A DNA stretch of 64,000 nt from an uncultured Clostridia bacterium (lineage in GTDB: Bacteria; Bacillota; Clostridia; Christensenellales; Borkfalkiaceae). The position numbers and the translations under genes were made by a program. A model generated the notes under the pieces. The model searched no databases, was not told the DNA's origin, and saw nothing but the letters and a program-made list of their open reading frames with translations. The DNA lies in contig CANRNE010000008.1 of NCBI GenBank assembly GCA_947631925.1, positions 3,683-67,682 on the forward strand, in the 5' to 3' direction. Below, in pieces: positions 40,082-48,290 of the stretch. The stretch's first letter is position 1. Each line of letters opens with the position of its first letter.

Positions 40082-41669
40082 GTTGATCAAGCAGGATCTG
40101 GACTCGTGGCTGGATTCGGTCGATTACGCCTTGCTCAATTCGATCAAGTATCTGCCGTCCGAGTTCGCCTTGGTCTTCATGAACTTCGTGAAGCTGGTGA
40201 ATGGCAAGGAGGGCGAGAGCCACAAGACTCCGCCAGTTCACCTGCGCATGCTGGATCGGGTGAGCCAGTCCCCATCGGACTACATCGCCAACCTGTGCTT
40301 CCGTGGTGCAGCCAAGACCACCCTGTTCATGGAGTACCTCAGCCTCTATCTGGGAACCTTCGGGTTCCTGCCCGGGCATGGGCCGGTGCACGGCATGCTC
40401 TACTTGTCCGACTCAATGGACAACGGTGTGAAGAACGCCCGACGCAACTTGGAGTTTCGCTACAACAACTCCGAGTTTGCCCAGCAGATGATTCCCCATG
40501 CCAAGTTCACGGACAACTACATCGAGCTGGGCAATCGGGACGGGCACCTGCTCGGCATCAAGATGTTCGGTGCCAAGACCGGCCTCCGTGGCTCCAAGGT
40601 CTTCGGCAAACGACCGACCCTGGCTGTACTCGATGACTTGCTGAGCGATGACGATGCAGCATCCAAGGCGGCCATGGAGGCAATCTCGGACACCGTATAT
40701 AAAGGAGTGAACCACGCACTCGATCCGACCCGTCGCAAGGTGATCCTCAACGGCACCCCCTTCCACAAGGAAGACATCATGGTTCAGGCCGTGGAGTCAG
40801 GTGGGTGGGAAGTCAACGTCTGGCCGGTGTGCGAGAAGTTCCCATGCACGGAAGAAGAGTTCGTTGGCGCATGGCCAGATCGCTTCACCTACCAGTTCAT
40901 CAAGGATCAGTATGAGTTCGCCTTGGCTACCGGCAAGGAGGCAGCCTTCCAGCAGGAGCTGATGCTCCGCATCTCCAGTACGGAAGATCGGCTGGTACAG
41001 GAAGGGGACATTCGGTGGTACACACGATCCCAGCTGCTTCAGAGCAAGAACAACTTCAACTTCTACATCACCACTGACTTTGCCACCTCCGCAAAGTCCA
41101 AGGCAGACTACTCGGTGGTGTTCGTTTGGGCTTACAATAACAACGGAGATTGGTTCTGGGTTGACGGCTTCATGGAGCGTCAAACCATGGACAAAACGAT
41201 TGACGGCCTGTTCAAGCTGGTATCCGAATACGGACCCCAACAGGTAGGCATCGAGGTCTCCGGTCAGCAAGGCGCTTTCATCAAATGGCTTCAGACCGAG
41301 CAAATGAACCGGAACATCTGGTTCCCATTTGCCTCGAACGAGAAGTCAGGAGAGCCGGGTATTCGCCCTGACATGGACAAGCTGCGCCGCTTCAACCTCG
41401 TGGTTCCTTGGTTCAAGGCTGGCAAGGTGTACTTCCCTTCTGAGATGAAGACCAGCAAGGTGCTGGGTATCCTCATGGGTCAGTATCGCTTGGCCACAGT
41501 CAATGGCATCAAGGGCAAGGACGACGGCATCGACGGTACTTCCCAGCTTGCCTACCTCTCCCCATTCAAGCCTTCTGCCGGAACTGCTGGACCAGCTGAG
41601 TGCGGTGGCCTATGGGAAGAGGCACAGGAGGAAGAAGCTACTCCACTCTCCAACTATCAGGTCACCTAA
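40074..41669 (+). CDS. terL: Terminase large subunit, 531 aa
   Basis: Walker A-like CFRGAAKTTL; Walker B LAVLDDLLSDDD. Nuclease-domain acidic motifs are YITTDFATS and GKDDGIDG. I set the start at MSKLIKQD (ATG at 40074). Confidence 0.9.
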   Translation: MSKLIKQDLDSWLDSVDYALLNSIKYLPSEFALVFMNFVKLVNGKEGESHKTPPVHLRMLDRVSQSPSDYIANLCFRGAAKTTLFMEYLSLYLGTFGFLPGHGPVHGMLYLSDSMDNGVKNARRNLEFRYNNSEFAQQMIPHAKFTDNYIELGNRDGHLLGIKMFGAKTGLRGSKVFGKRPTLAVLDDLLSDDDAASKAAMEAISDTVYKGVNHALDPTRRKVILNGTPFHKEDIMVQAVESGGWEVNVWPVCEKFPCTEEEFVGAWPDRFTYQFIKDQYEFALATGKEAAFQQELMLRISSTEDRLVQEGDIRWYTRSQLLQSKNNFNFYITTDFATSAKSKADYSVVFVWAYNNNGDWFWVDGFMERQTMDKTIDGLFKLVSEYGPQQVGIEVSGQQGAFIKWLQTEQMNRNIWFPFASNEKSGEPGIRPDMDKLRRFNLVVPWFKAGKVYFPSEMKTSKVLGILMGQYRLATVNGIKGKDDGIDGTSQLAYLSPFKPSAGTAGPAECGGLWEEAQEEEATPLSNYQVT

Positions 41670-42373
41670 TGCTCAATTTTGACAATTTCCTTAGCGACCT
41701 TTCCTCTCTGGAACTGTCAGGTACGGTCTTTGGCAACAGTGGTCTGGGCAACATTCCTGAAGATCAGATGCCGAAAGTCGTTGCCGCTGTGAATGCGGGA
41801 CTGCGGCATCTGTACTCACGCTTTCTTCTGAAGGAAGCCTATTTGATCCTGGCCCCCAAGCCGGTCAAAGTCATGTACCCAATCCACTCAAAGTACGCTT
41901 TGAGTTCGGTCACTTCTGCAATCCCAGAGGCGGATCGTTACATCGAAGATTCGGCCATGGTTCCTTACAAAGATGATCTTTTGAAGATCACTGAAGTCTG
42001 GTCCACCGATGGTCGAAAGTTCCCGTTGAACGATCTCGGGCAGCCGGGGGGAGTGTTCACTCCTGCCCCAAACGTTCTCCAACTTCCGCAACCACTGGAA
42101 GAGTTCAAGCTGTCTGTCTCCTACCAAGCCAGCCACCCCCGGGTGACGCTGGATACCGTGGAGCTGGAACTCCCATCAAGTATGGAGGACGTGCTGCGTA
42201 CCTACGTCGGCTACAAGATCCTGTCTTCCATTGGTACGCAGGAAGCGACAGTCAAATCCCAAGAGCTGTACCAGACCTACGAATCACTGTTGAAGATCCT
42301 GTCTGAGTCAGATGCCCTTGGTTCCAGCCACCACACAACACTCCACAAGTTTGATCTTCGAGGATTTGTCTGA
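41669..42373 (+). CDS. Virion structural protein (tail/adaptor region), 234 aa
   Basis: TAATG overlap with the terminase stop. Function is assigned by position. Confidence 0.7.
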   Translation: MLNFDNFLSDLSSLELSGTVFGNSGLGNIPEDQMPKVVAAVNAGLRHLYSRFLLKEAYLILAPKPVKVMYPIHSKYALSSVTSAIPEADRYIEDSAMVPYKDDLLKITEVWSTDGRKFPLNDLGQPGGVFTPAPNVLQLPQPLEEFKLSVSYQASHPRVTLDTVELELPSSMEDVLRTYVGYKILSSIGTQEATVKSQELYQTYESLLKILSESDALGSSHHTTLHKFDLRGFV

Positions 42374-43299
42374 TGGCAGGACTGAATCCTTACACCAGCC
42401 ATAAGCCTAAGATCCCGCTTCGTTTGATGCAGTTCGATGATCTGTATCAGGCGGTGCAGGATCTTTTGCTGGGCTACCAAGTATCCCAAGACATGATGAT
42501 CCTCTTGCCGGAGGAGCGTGTAGATGTCGTGGGACGAACTCTGCCTGCCCCGGTACCAAACGGCATCTGGGCATGGAATGCTGACGCCTCTGCTCCCAGG
42601 TATTTCACCCCGGAAGAGTTCTATGCCCTGATGCCGGTAGAGATTGATCCTACTGAGCTGAGGGATCTTGTCTCTCAGGCTGTCACGGCAAGGAACGAGG
42701 CATCGCTGTTTGCAGCGCAATCAAGCAACTCAGCTCAAACAGCTTATGGGTATGCGACTGCTGCCAACGGTTGGGCAAATGCAGCAGCAGCGTCAGCAGC
42801 AAGTGCTGATACCTTCAAGAGTGTTGCCCAAGCATCTGCAACCGCCGCACAGTCCTCAGCGAATCTTTCGAGCGAGGCTGCCACATCCGCCTCTGACTCC
42901 AAGGATCAAGCTCAAGCGTGGGCAGAAAATCCTCCAGACGTTGAGGTGTCTGCCGGAGAGTATTCGGCCAAGCACTGGGCAACCAAGGCACAGCAGTACG
43001 CTGAAAGTTACCCCACTCTGATGTGGGGCAACATGTCTGGTGCCATTACCGACCAGCAAGACTTGATCGCCTACATTGACAGTCGTATCGAAGCAATTGG
43101 TGGGGGAGGTGGTTCAGGGGGCGGAGGTCTTGTGGTCAGCAGTGCGCCACCGGAGTACCCCACAGCGGGTATGCGATGGCTCGACGATGAAGGCACTGAG
43201 TACACTTACGTTATCGACGGAGACTCCGGCCAGTGGGCACAGCTCGGTGATCCTTTGGTTCTGGGTGGGCTGCTCGTGTTGGATGGGGGGACTTACTAA
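42373..43299 (+). CDS. Tail fibre/appendage protein, 308 aa
   Basis: Ala/Ser-rich repeats. It also has the EYSAKHWATKAQQYAE motif, a Gly linker, and the C-terminal MRWLDDEGTEYTYVIDGDSGQWAQLG. Confidence 0.75.
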   Translation: MAGLNPYTSHKPKIPLRLMQFDDLYQAVQDLLLGYQVSQDMMILLPEERVDVVGRTLPAPVPNGIWAWNADASAPRYFTPEEFYALMPVEIDPTELRDLVSQAVTARNEASLFAAQSSNSAQTAYGYATAANGWANAAAASAASADTFKSVAQASATAAQSSANLSSEAATSASDSKDQAQAWAENPPDVEVSAGEYSAKHWATKAQQYAESYPTLMWGNMSGAITDQQDLIAYIDSRIEAIGGGGGSGGGGLVVSSAPPEYPTAGMRWLDDEGTEYTYVIDGDSGQWAQLGDPLVLGGLLVLDGGTY

Positions 43300-43532
43300 T
43301 GTTGGACTTTCCTGCTAACCCAACGGAGCTTCAAGAGTACACAGTAGGTAATCGTACTTGGGTGTGGACTGAACGAGCATGGCGACTGAAGACTGTCAGC
43401 AACTCGAACCTCACGTCTATTATGAATCTCGTCCCCGATGACGGGGAAATCCTTGAGTTTGACTTGAGCACAAATAAGTGGGATGCGACAAAAGCACCCC
43501 GTGATCTTTACATTGACGGAGGAAGTTTCTGA
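43299..43532 (+). CDS. Small tail-fibre-associated protein, 77 aa
   Basis: Track ORF: FPANPTELQEYTVGNRTWVWTERAWRL. Confidence 0.65.
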   Translation: MLDFPANPTELQEYTVGNRTWVWTERAWRLKTVSNSNLTSIMNLVPDDGEILEFDLSTNKWDATKAPRDLYIDGGSF

Positions 43533-44983
43533 TGGCTAACAAATTGCGTATCAAGCGTCGTGCAGAAGGTGGTGCAGCTGGAGCACCCGCTTCTTTGGAA
43601 AATGCCGAGCTGGCGTTCAACGAAGTTGACGAGACCCTCTACTACGGTAAGGGCACTGGCGGACCTGGTGGCACAGCAACTTCAATCATCCCGATTGGTG
43701 GCTCTGGCGCGTTCTTGAACAAGACGCTTCCTGCCGCCATCTCGGCCATCTACAGCTTCTCTGTCAGCCCCACCGTTCCGACCGCTTCCTTCGGTGACAA
43801 CTCAACCAAGGCTGCCAGCACTGCTTTTGTGGCTGCTGCCATCTCTGCTGCGTCCATCCCGGACGGCAACAAGGGTGACATCACTGTTGGCACCAATGGC
43901 ACGGTCTGGTCGATCAATGCCAAGGTAGTCACCAATGCGGCGTTGGCCGACATGCCCTCCAACACGCTGAAGGGCAACGTCAGTGCAAGCGCAGGTGCAC
44001 CGGCTGATCTGACCGGGGCACAGGTCAAGTCGATCCTCGCACTGAGCAAGGCAGACGTTGGCCTGGCCAACGTAGACAACACCAGTGACGCCAACAAGCC
44101 TGTCAGCACTGCTCAGCAGACTGCCCTGAATCTGAAGGCCAATCTGGCATCTCCTGCCTTGTCTGGCGTTCCTACCGCCCCAACGGCAGCTGCCGGCACC
44201 AATACGACACAGATTGCCTCGACGCAGTTTGTCGTCAACGAAATTGCTTCCCGTCTTGCCAGCACAGACGCCCTGCTCTACAAGGGCGCAATTGATGCCA
44301 GCACCAATCCGAACTACCCGGCTGCCGATGCAGGTCACACTTACCGCATCAGTGTCGCTGGCAAGATTGGTGGTGCCTCCGGGAAAAACGTAGAGGTTGG
44401 TGACCTCCTGATCTGTAACGTGGATGGCACTGCTGCGGGTACCGACAGCGTTGTTGGAACCAAGTGGGACATCATCCAGACCAACATTGATGGGGCACTG
44501 ACAACTTCCCACATTGGCTCTCTGGTTCAGGGCTTTGACTCGACGCTTGCTGGCCTTGCCTCTTTGGCTCCGTCGTCAAACCAAGGTATCTACGCTTCCG
44601 GGACAGACCTCTTCAGTACCTACAGCTTGACCGCTGGTGGTCGTGCTCTGGGTGGTGTTGCTGGTACGGCCAATGCTATCCCGTACTTCTCGGCGGCCAA
44701 CGTGGTCAGTGAGCTGACCACCACAGTAGGGGGTCGGGCACTGCTGGCAGCTGCTGGCACTGCCAATACCTTCCCTTACTTCAGTGCGGCCAACGTGGTG
44801 AGCCTCGGCTCGATCACTGCATTTGGTCGGTCACTCATTGACGATGCTGATTCGTCAACTGCACGTACCACACTGGGTTTGGGCAGCATGGCTACCCAAG
44901 CAGCTACCAACGTGAACATCACAGGTGGTTCGATTACTGGAGCCACCGTGGATAACATCGTCCTCGACGGTGGTACTTTCTAA
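43532..44983 (+). CDS. Tail fibre protein 1, 483 aa
   Basis: N-terminal LENAELAFNEVDETLYYG; SKADVGLANVDNTSDANKPVSTAQQTALNLKAN motif; Gly/Ala/Thr-rich beta repeats. Confidence 0.8.
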   Translation: MANKLRIKRRAEGGAAGAPASLENAELAFNEVDETLYYGKGTGGPGGTATSIIPIGGSGAFLNKTLPAAISAIYSFSVSPTVPTASFGDNSTKAASTAFVAAAISAASIPDGNKGDITVGTNGTVWSINAKVVTNAALADMPSNTLKGNVSASAGAPADLTGAQVKSILALSKADVGLANVDNTSDANKPVSTAQQTALNLKANLASPALSGVPTAPTAAAGTNTTQIASTQFVVNEIASRLASTDALLYKGAIDASTNPNYPAADAGHTYRISVAGKIGGASGKNVEVGDLLICNVDGTAAGTDSVVGTKWDIIQTNIDGALTTSHIGSLVQGFDSTLAGLASLAPSSNQGIYASGTDLFSTYSLTAGGRALGGVAGTANAIPYFSAANVVSELTTTVGGRALLAAAGTANTFPYFSAANVVSLGSITAFGRSLIDDADSSTARTTLGLGSMATQAATNVNITGGSITGATVDNIVLDGGTF

Positions 44984-44992
44984 GGAAGCACT

Positions 44993-46042
44993 ATGGCCAT
45001 TATCTTCAAGCCGCGTAAGAGCACCTTGGCCGGTGCAGTACCTACCACCAGTCAACTGCAGGACGGTGAGTTGGCTGTGAACACCACGGATAAAAAGATC
45101 TTTATCCGTGTTGGTGCTGCCATTGTTGAGATGTTCAAAAATCTCACGAAGGCCGATGTGGGCTTGTCCAACGTGGACAACACCTCAGACGCGAATAAGC
45201 CTGTGAGCACTGCTACTGCCACGGCACTTGCTGCCAAGGCGAACACCACGCATAACCACAGCATTTCTAATGTCACTGGCTTGCAGACTGCGCTCGACGG
45301 CAAGCAAGCTGCTGGCTCTTACGCCCCTGCTTCTCATACGCACACCATCGCAAACGTCAGTGGGCTGCAGGATGCTTTGACTGCTCGACCTCCCTTGGTG
45401 ATCGATGGTGACTGGCTTTCAATCAGTGGTGCGTATGTCTCTGTCTCCACGATTTTCGACGCGGCTAACTCCCCTTTCCGCTGGACAGCACCTTCCGACT
45501 ACACAAACATCGTCAGCTTTCCTAGCAAGGACGCCGACTCTGGCCTAGCCCTCGCGACTACCTTCGGTTCCGGCAACCGTTTCTGGCTACGAGGACGGCA
45601 CAACACTCGTGGACCTACGGCGTGGGAGCGGTGGAAGCCGTGGATGGAGATTGCTCTGAACGGCACGGATGTGTGGTTTCTCGCGGTCAAAACTGCTGGT
45701 CCTAATGGCATCCAAATCGGTGCAGCCACGAATGCCAGTGAGGGGTACATCTCCTACTACACGGCAGGCGATGGCACCACACGCACCGCTTACATGGGAT
45801 ACGGAAGCGCTGGAGCTACAGATTTCGCCATTAGTAATGAGAGGGGCGGATCACTCGTGGTAAGCAGCGCGTGGCTAAACGTTGTAGACGGGGGTGGCCA
45901 TGGATTGTCACTTCGTCCTTCGGGAGAAGTCTGGCTGGGGGACGCGAATAACCGCGCTAACCGACGCCGCCAGCCTCGCACTTTTGTCCAGTCAGCCGAT
46001 CCTGGTGCTGCTGCAGCTGACGGGGATCTCTGGATCTGGTGA
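44993..46042 (+). CDS. Tail fibre protein 2, 349 aa
   Basis: TKADVGLSNVDNTSDANKPVSTATATALAAKAN, and HxH repeats HNHSISNVTGLQTAL and HTHTIANVSGLQDAL. Confidence 0.8.
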   Translation: MAIIFKPRKSTLAGAVPTTSQLQDGELAVNTTDKKIFIRVGAAIVEMFKNLTKADVGLSNVDNTSDANKPVSTATATALAAKANTTHNHSISNVTGLQTALDGKQAAGSYAPASHTHTIANVSGLQDALTARPPLVIDGDWLSISGAYVSVSTIFDAANSPFRWTAPSDYTNIVSFPSKDADSGLALATTFGSGNRFWLRGRHNTRGPTAWERWKPWMEIALNGTDVWFLAVKTAGPNGIQIGAATNASEGYISYYTAGDGTTRTAYMGYGSAGATDFAISNERGGSLVVSSAWLNVVDGGGHGLSLRPSGEVWLGDANNRANRRRQPRTFVQSADPGAAAADGDLWIW

Positions 46043-46045
46043 TTT

Positions 46046-46492
46046 ATGACGATCAAACGACGTTCAGGTGGTACCCAAGTTGATGTCGCCAATGTACGTC
46101 GCCGGAGTGGCTCTTCTTGGGTCACCCCGGCGAACGTGTATCGGCGACAAGGTGGGGCATGGGTGAAGGTGTGGCCGGTGAATGTGCCATTGAGCATGAC
46201 GCTCTCACACACGGAAATCTACGGGTACTCCCCGTCTACCGGCACGATTTCCACCAACAACGTGATTGCAAGCCCATCAGGCGGCACTGGCTCATACACC
46301 TACAGTTGGGCCAGGATCTCCGGGCAGGCGTCAGTCTTTGCATCTGCTGGCTCAAGTTCAGTGTCGTTCTACTCGTCATTCACTAGCCAAGGCAGCACCC
46401 GTTACGCAACTTTCCGGTGCACTGTCTCAGATGGTGTAAGTAGTGTGTACCGGGATGTCTATGTTGAGATCTCATGCGGTCAGCTTGCTTGA
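46046..46492 (+). CDS. Fibre-associated protein, 148 aa
   Basis: Track ORF: RRRSGSSWVTPANVYRRQGGAWVKVW, then Ser/Thr-rich. Confidence 0.65.
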   Translation: MTIKRRSGGTQVDVANVRRRSGSSWVTPANVYRRQGGAWVKVWPVNVPLSMTLSHTEIYGYSPSTGTISTNNVIASPSGGTGSYTYSWARISGQASVFASAGSSSVSFYSSFTSQGSTRYATFRCTVSDGVSSVYRDVYVEISCGQLA

Positions 46493-46600
46493 TCGAGTAA
46501 AATTACCAACATTTGATGGCATTCCAGCAAGGTCGTCTGGCCCCTGAGCAATCATCCATCTGCTTCTGGACCTATATGACCTACACCTACTGGAACACCC

Positions 46601-46936
46601 ATGAGCGAATCACCCGAAGTTCAGATCGCCCGACTGGATGAGCGTTGCAAGAACCTGTTGTCCGCAATGGAGCAGGAGCGGGAAGCCCGTCAAGCGACCA
46701 ACGAGAAGATCGACAATCTTCAAAAGGTGCTGATGGATATGAGTGGTCGAATGGAAAACGTGGAGTCGGCGGTCGCTTCGGCGGCCCCGACTCTTAACGA
46801 GTTCGTGACTTTGAAGCACCGAATTATTGGTGCAGGGGCGGCAGGCAAGATCATCTGGGCATGTGCTGCCGGCTTGCTTGGTTTCATGTACGGAGCACGG
46901 GAACAGATCTCTCATTTGCTCACGCGGGGGAACTGA
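46601..46936 (+). CDS. Coiled-coil protein with a single C-terminal TM segment, 111 aa (lysis-cassette member, role unclear)
   Basis: Track ORF. The TM segment is GAGAAGKIIWACAAGLLGFMYGA. Confidence 0.55.
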   Translation: MSESPEVQIARLDERCKNLLSAMEQEREARQATNEKIDNLQKVLMDMSGRMENVESAVASAAPTLNEFVTLKHRIIGAGAAGKIIWACAAGLLGFMYGAREQISHLLTRGN

Positions 46937-47166
46937 TGAAATTGATCCCTGACTGGAAAAAGGCATGGAAGCTCCCTTCCGTACAAGGGAGCGTGATCGG
47001 CATGCTCGTCATGGGCTTCGTTGAGGTGGTTCGGGAGACGTGGCTCAGTCTGCCTCCCTACATCCACGACCAGATCCCCCATTCGAACCGGATCGGGTTT
47101 GGCCTGTTCCTCTTGGTTCTGATCTTGCGTATTACGACTTCGAGGAAGAAAGACGATGGCAAATAA
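46936..47166 (+). CDS. Holin candidate, 76 aa, two TM segments and a charged C-terminus
   Basis: I set the start at MKLIPDWKK (TGATG overlap). TM segments are SVIGMLVMGFVEVV and IGFGLFLLVLILRI; the tail is TSRKKDDGK. Confidence 0.6.
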   Translation: MKLIPDWKKAWKLPSVQGSVIGMLVMGFVEVVRETWLSLPPYIHDQIPHSNRIGFGLFLLVLILRITTSRKKDDGK

Positions 47167-47767
47167 AAAGATCATTGGTGGGGTAGCCGCTGCGATCATT
47201 GTGGCGGTTTTTGCCGTGGAGGGTGGTTACGTCAACAACCCCAAGGATCCGGGTGGAGCTACGAACCACGGAATCACGGAACAGGTTGCCCGGCAACACG
47301 ACTACAAAGGTGACATGCGTGACCTGACTCGGGAAGCTGCCCAGTCGATCTACTACGCCGACTACATCGAAAAGCCGGGTTACGTTCCCATGCTTTCGAT
47401 CCAGCCGGTGATTGCAGAGAAGCTGGTGGATGGGGCAGTCAATGCCGGTCCAGGTCGAGCTTCCCGTTGGTTCCAGACGGGGCTGAACTCACTTAACCGA
47501 GACCAGAAGGACTACCCTGATGTTGCAGTGGACGGGGCAGTTGGACCCAAGACCATTGCTGCCTACATGGGACTGGAGAGGGCAAGGGGAAAGGTCAAAG
47601 CTTGTGAGCTGATGCTGAAGGTCTTGGACATCCAGCAAGGTGCTCACTACCTGAGCCTGACTCGGTTGGAGACCTTTACGGTAGGGTGGATCGACAATCG
47701 TATCGGTCACATTGACCCGGCACGGTGTGCCATGAAGGACGGAGGTTTCAATGAACCCGCTCACTGA
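47156..47767 (+). CDS. GH108-type endolysin with an N-terminal signal-anchor-like segment, 203 aa
   Basis: KKIIGGVAAAIIVAVFAV followed by EGGYVNNPKDPGGATNHGIT (GH108 signature). The C-terminal half resembles a peptidoglycan-binding domain. Confidence 0.85.
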   Translation: MANKKIIGGVAAAIIVAVFAVEGGYVNNPKDPGGATNHGITEQVARQHDYKGDMRDLTREAAQSIYYADYIEKPGYVPMLSIQPVIAEKLVDGAVNAGPGRASRWFQTGLNSLNRDQKDYPDVAVDGAVGPKTIAAYMGLERARGKVKACELMLKVLDIQQGAHYLSLTRLETFTVGWIDNRIGHIDPARCAMKDGGFNEPAH

Positions 47768-48290
47768 TCAAGTCCGTTTCGTCATTGGTCTGGTGCTGAT
47801 TGCAGCACTGGGCTTTCTCTGTTGGTGGGGCTGGACGAGCTTCACAGACAGCTACCGGGAAGAGGGCCGCCAAGAGGTACAAGCCTTATGGGATAAGGAA
47901 AAAGCTCGGAATCGGGAAGAAATCGAACGTATTCAGAGTAAACTCACCGAAAAAGAGCAAGCCCATCTCATAAAGGTACAGGAACTCAATGACCTTCTCT
48001 CTCAAGCCAATGTCGCTCATGCAGGCCTCGTTGCTGGCCTGCACGCTGATTACCGTAACCGGCTGCGCGACAGTGAAGCCCGAGCCGACGTATATCGTCG
48101 TCAAGCCCAAGGTGGCTCCACTGAGCAAGACAGTCTTGCAAGCCATGCAGCCGAACTCGACCGAACTCTTACAGAGGGCCGACTCTTGGTTGCAGAACTC
48201 CGGGCAACTCTTGGACTCCGTGACAAGTCCCTAATCCTGTTGGGTCAACAGATCACAGCCGACCGCGAACTCCTGGAAGAAACTCCCTGA
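47751..48290 (+). CDS. i-spanin (Rz-like), 179 aa
   Basis: N-terminal TM segment VIGLVLIAALGFLCWWGW, followed by a charged coiled coil. Confidence 0.75.
   Translation: MNPLTDQVRFVIGLVLIAALGFLCWWGWTSFTDSYREEGRQEVQALWDKEKARNREEIERIQSKLTEKEQAHLIKVQELNDLLSQANVAHAGLVAGLHADYRNRLRDSEARADVYRRQAQGGSTEQDSLASHAAELDRTLTEGRLLVAELRATLGLRDKSLILLGQQITADRELLEETP
47989..48234 (+). CDS. o-spanin (Rz1-like lipoprotein) fully embedded in the +1 frame of the i-spanin gene
   Basis: Lipobox LLACTLITVTGC followed by a Pro-rich mature part. The start may instead be the internal MSLMQAS (48010). Confidence 0.7.
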   Translation: MTFSLKPMSLMQASLLACTLITVTGCATVKPEPTYIVVKPKVAPLSKTVLQAMQPNSTELLQRADSWLQNSGQLLDSVTSP

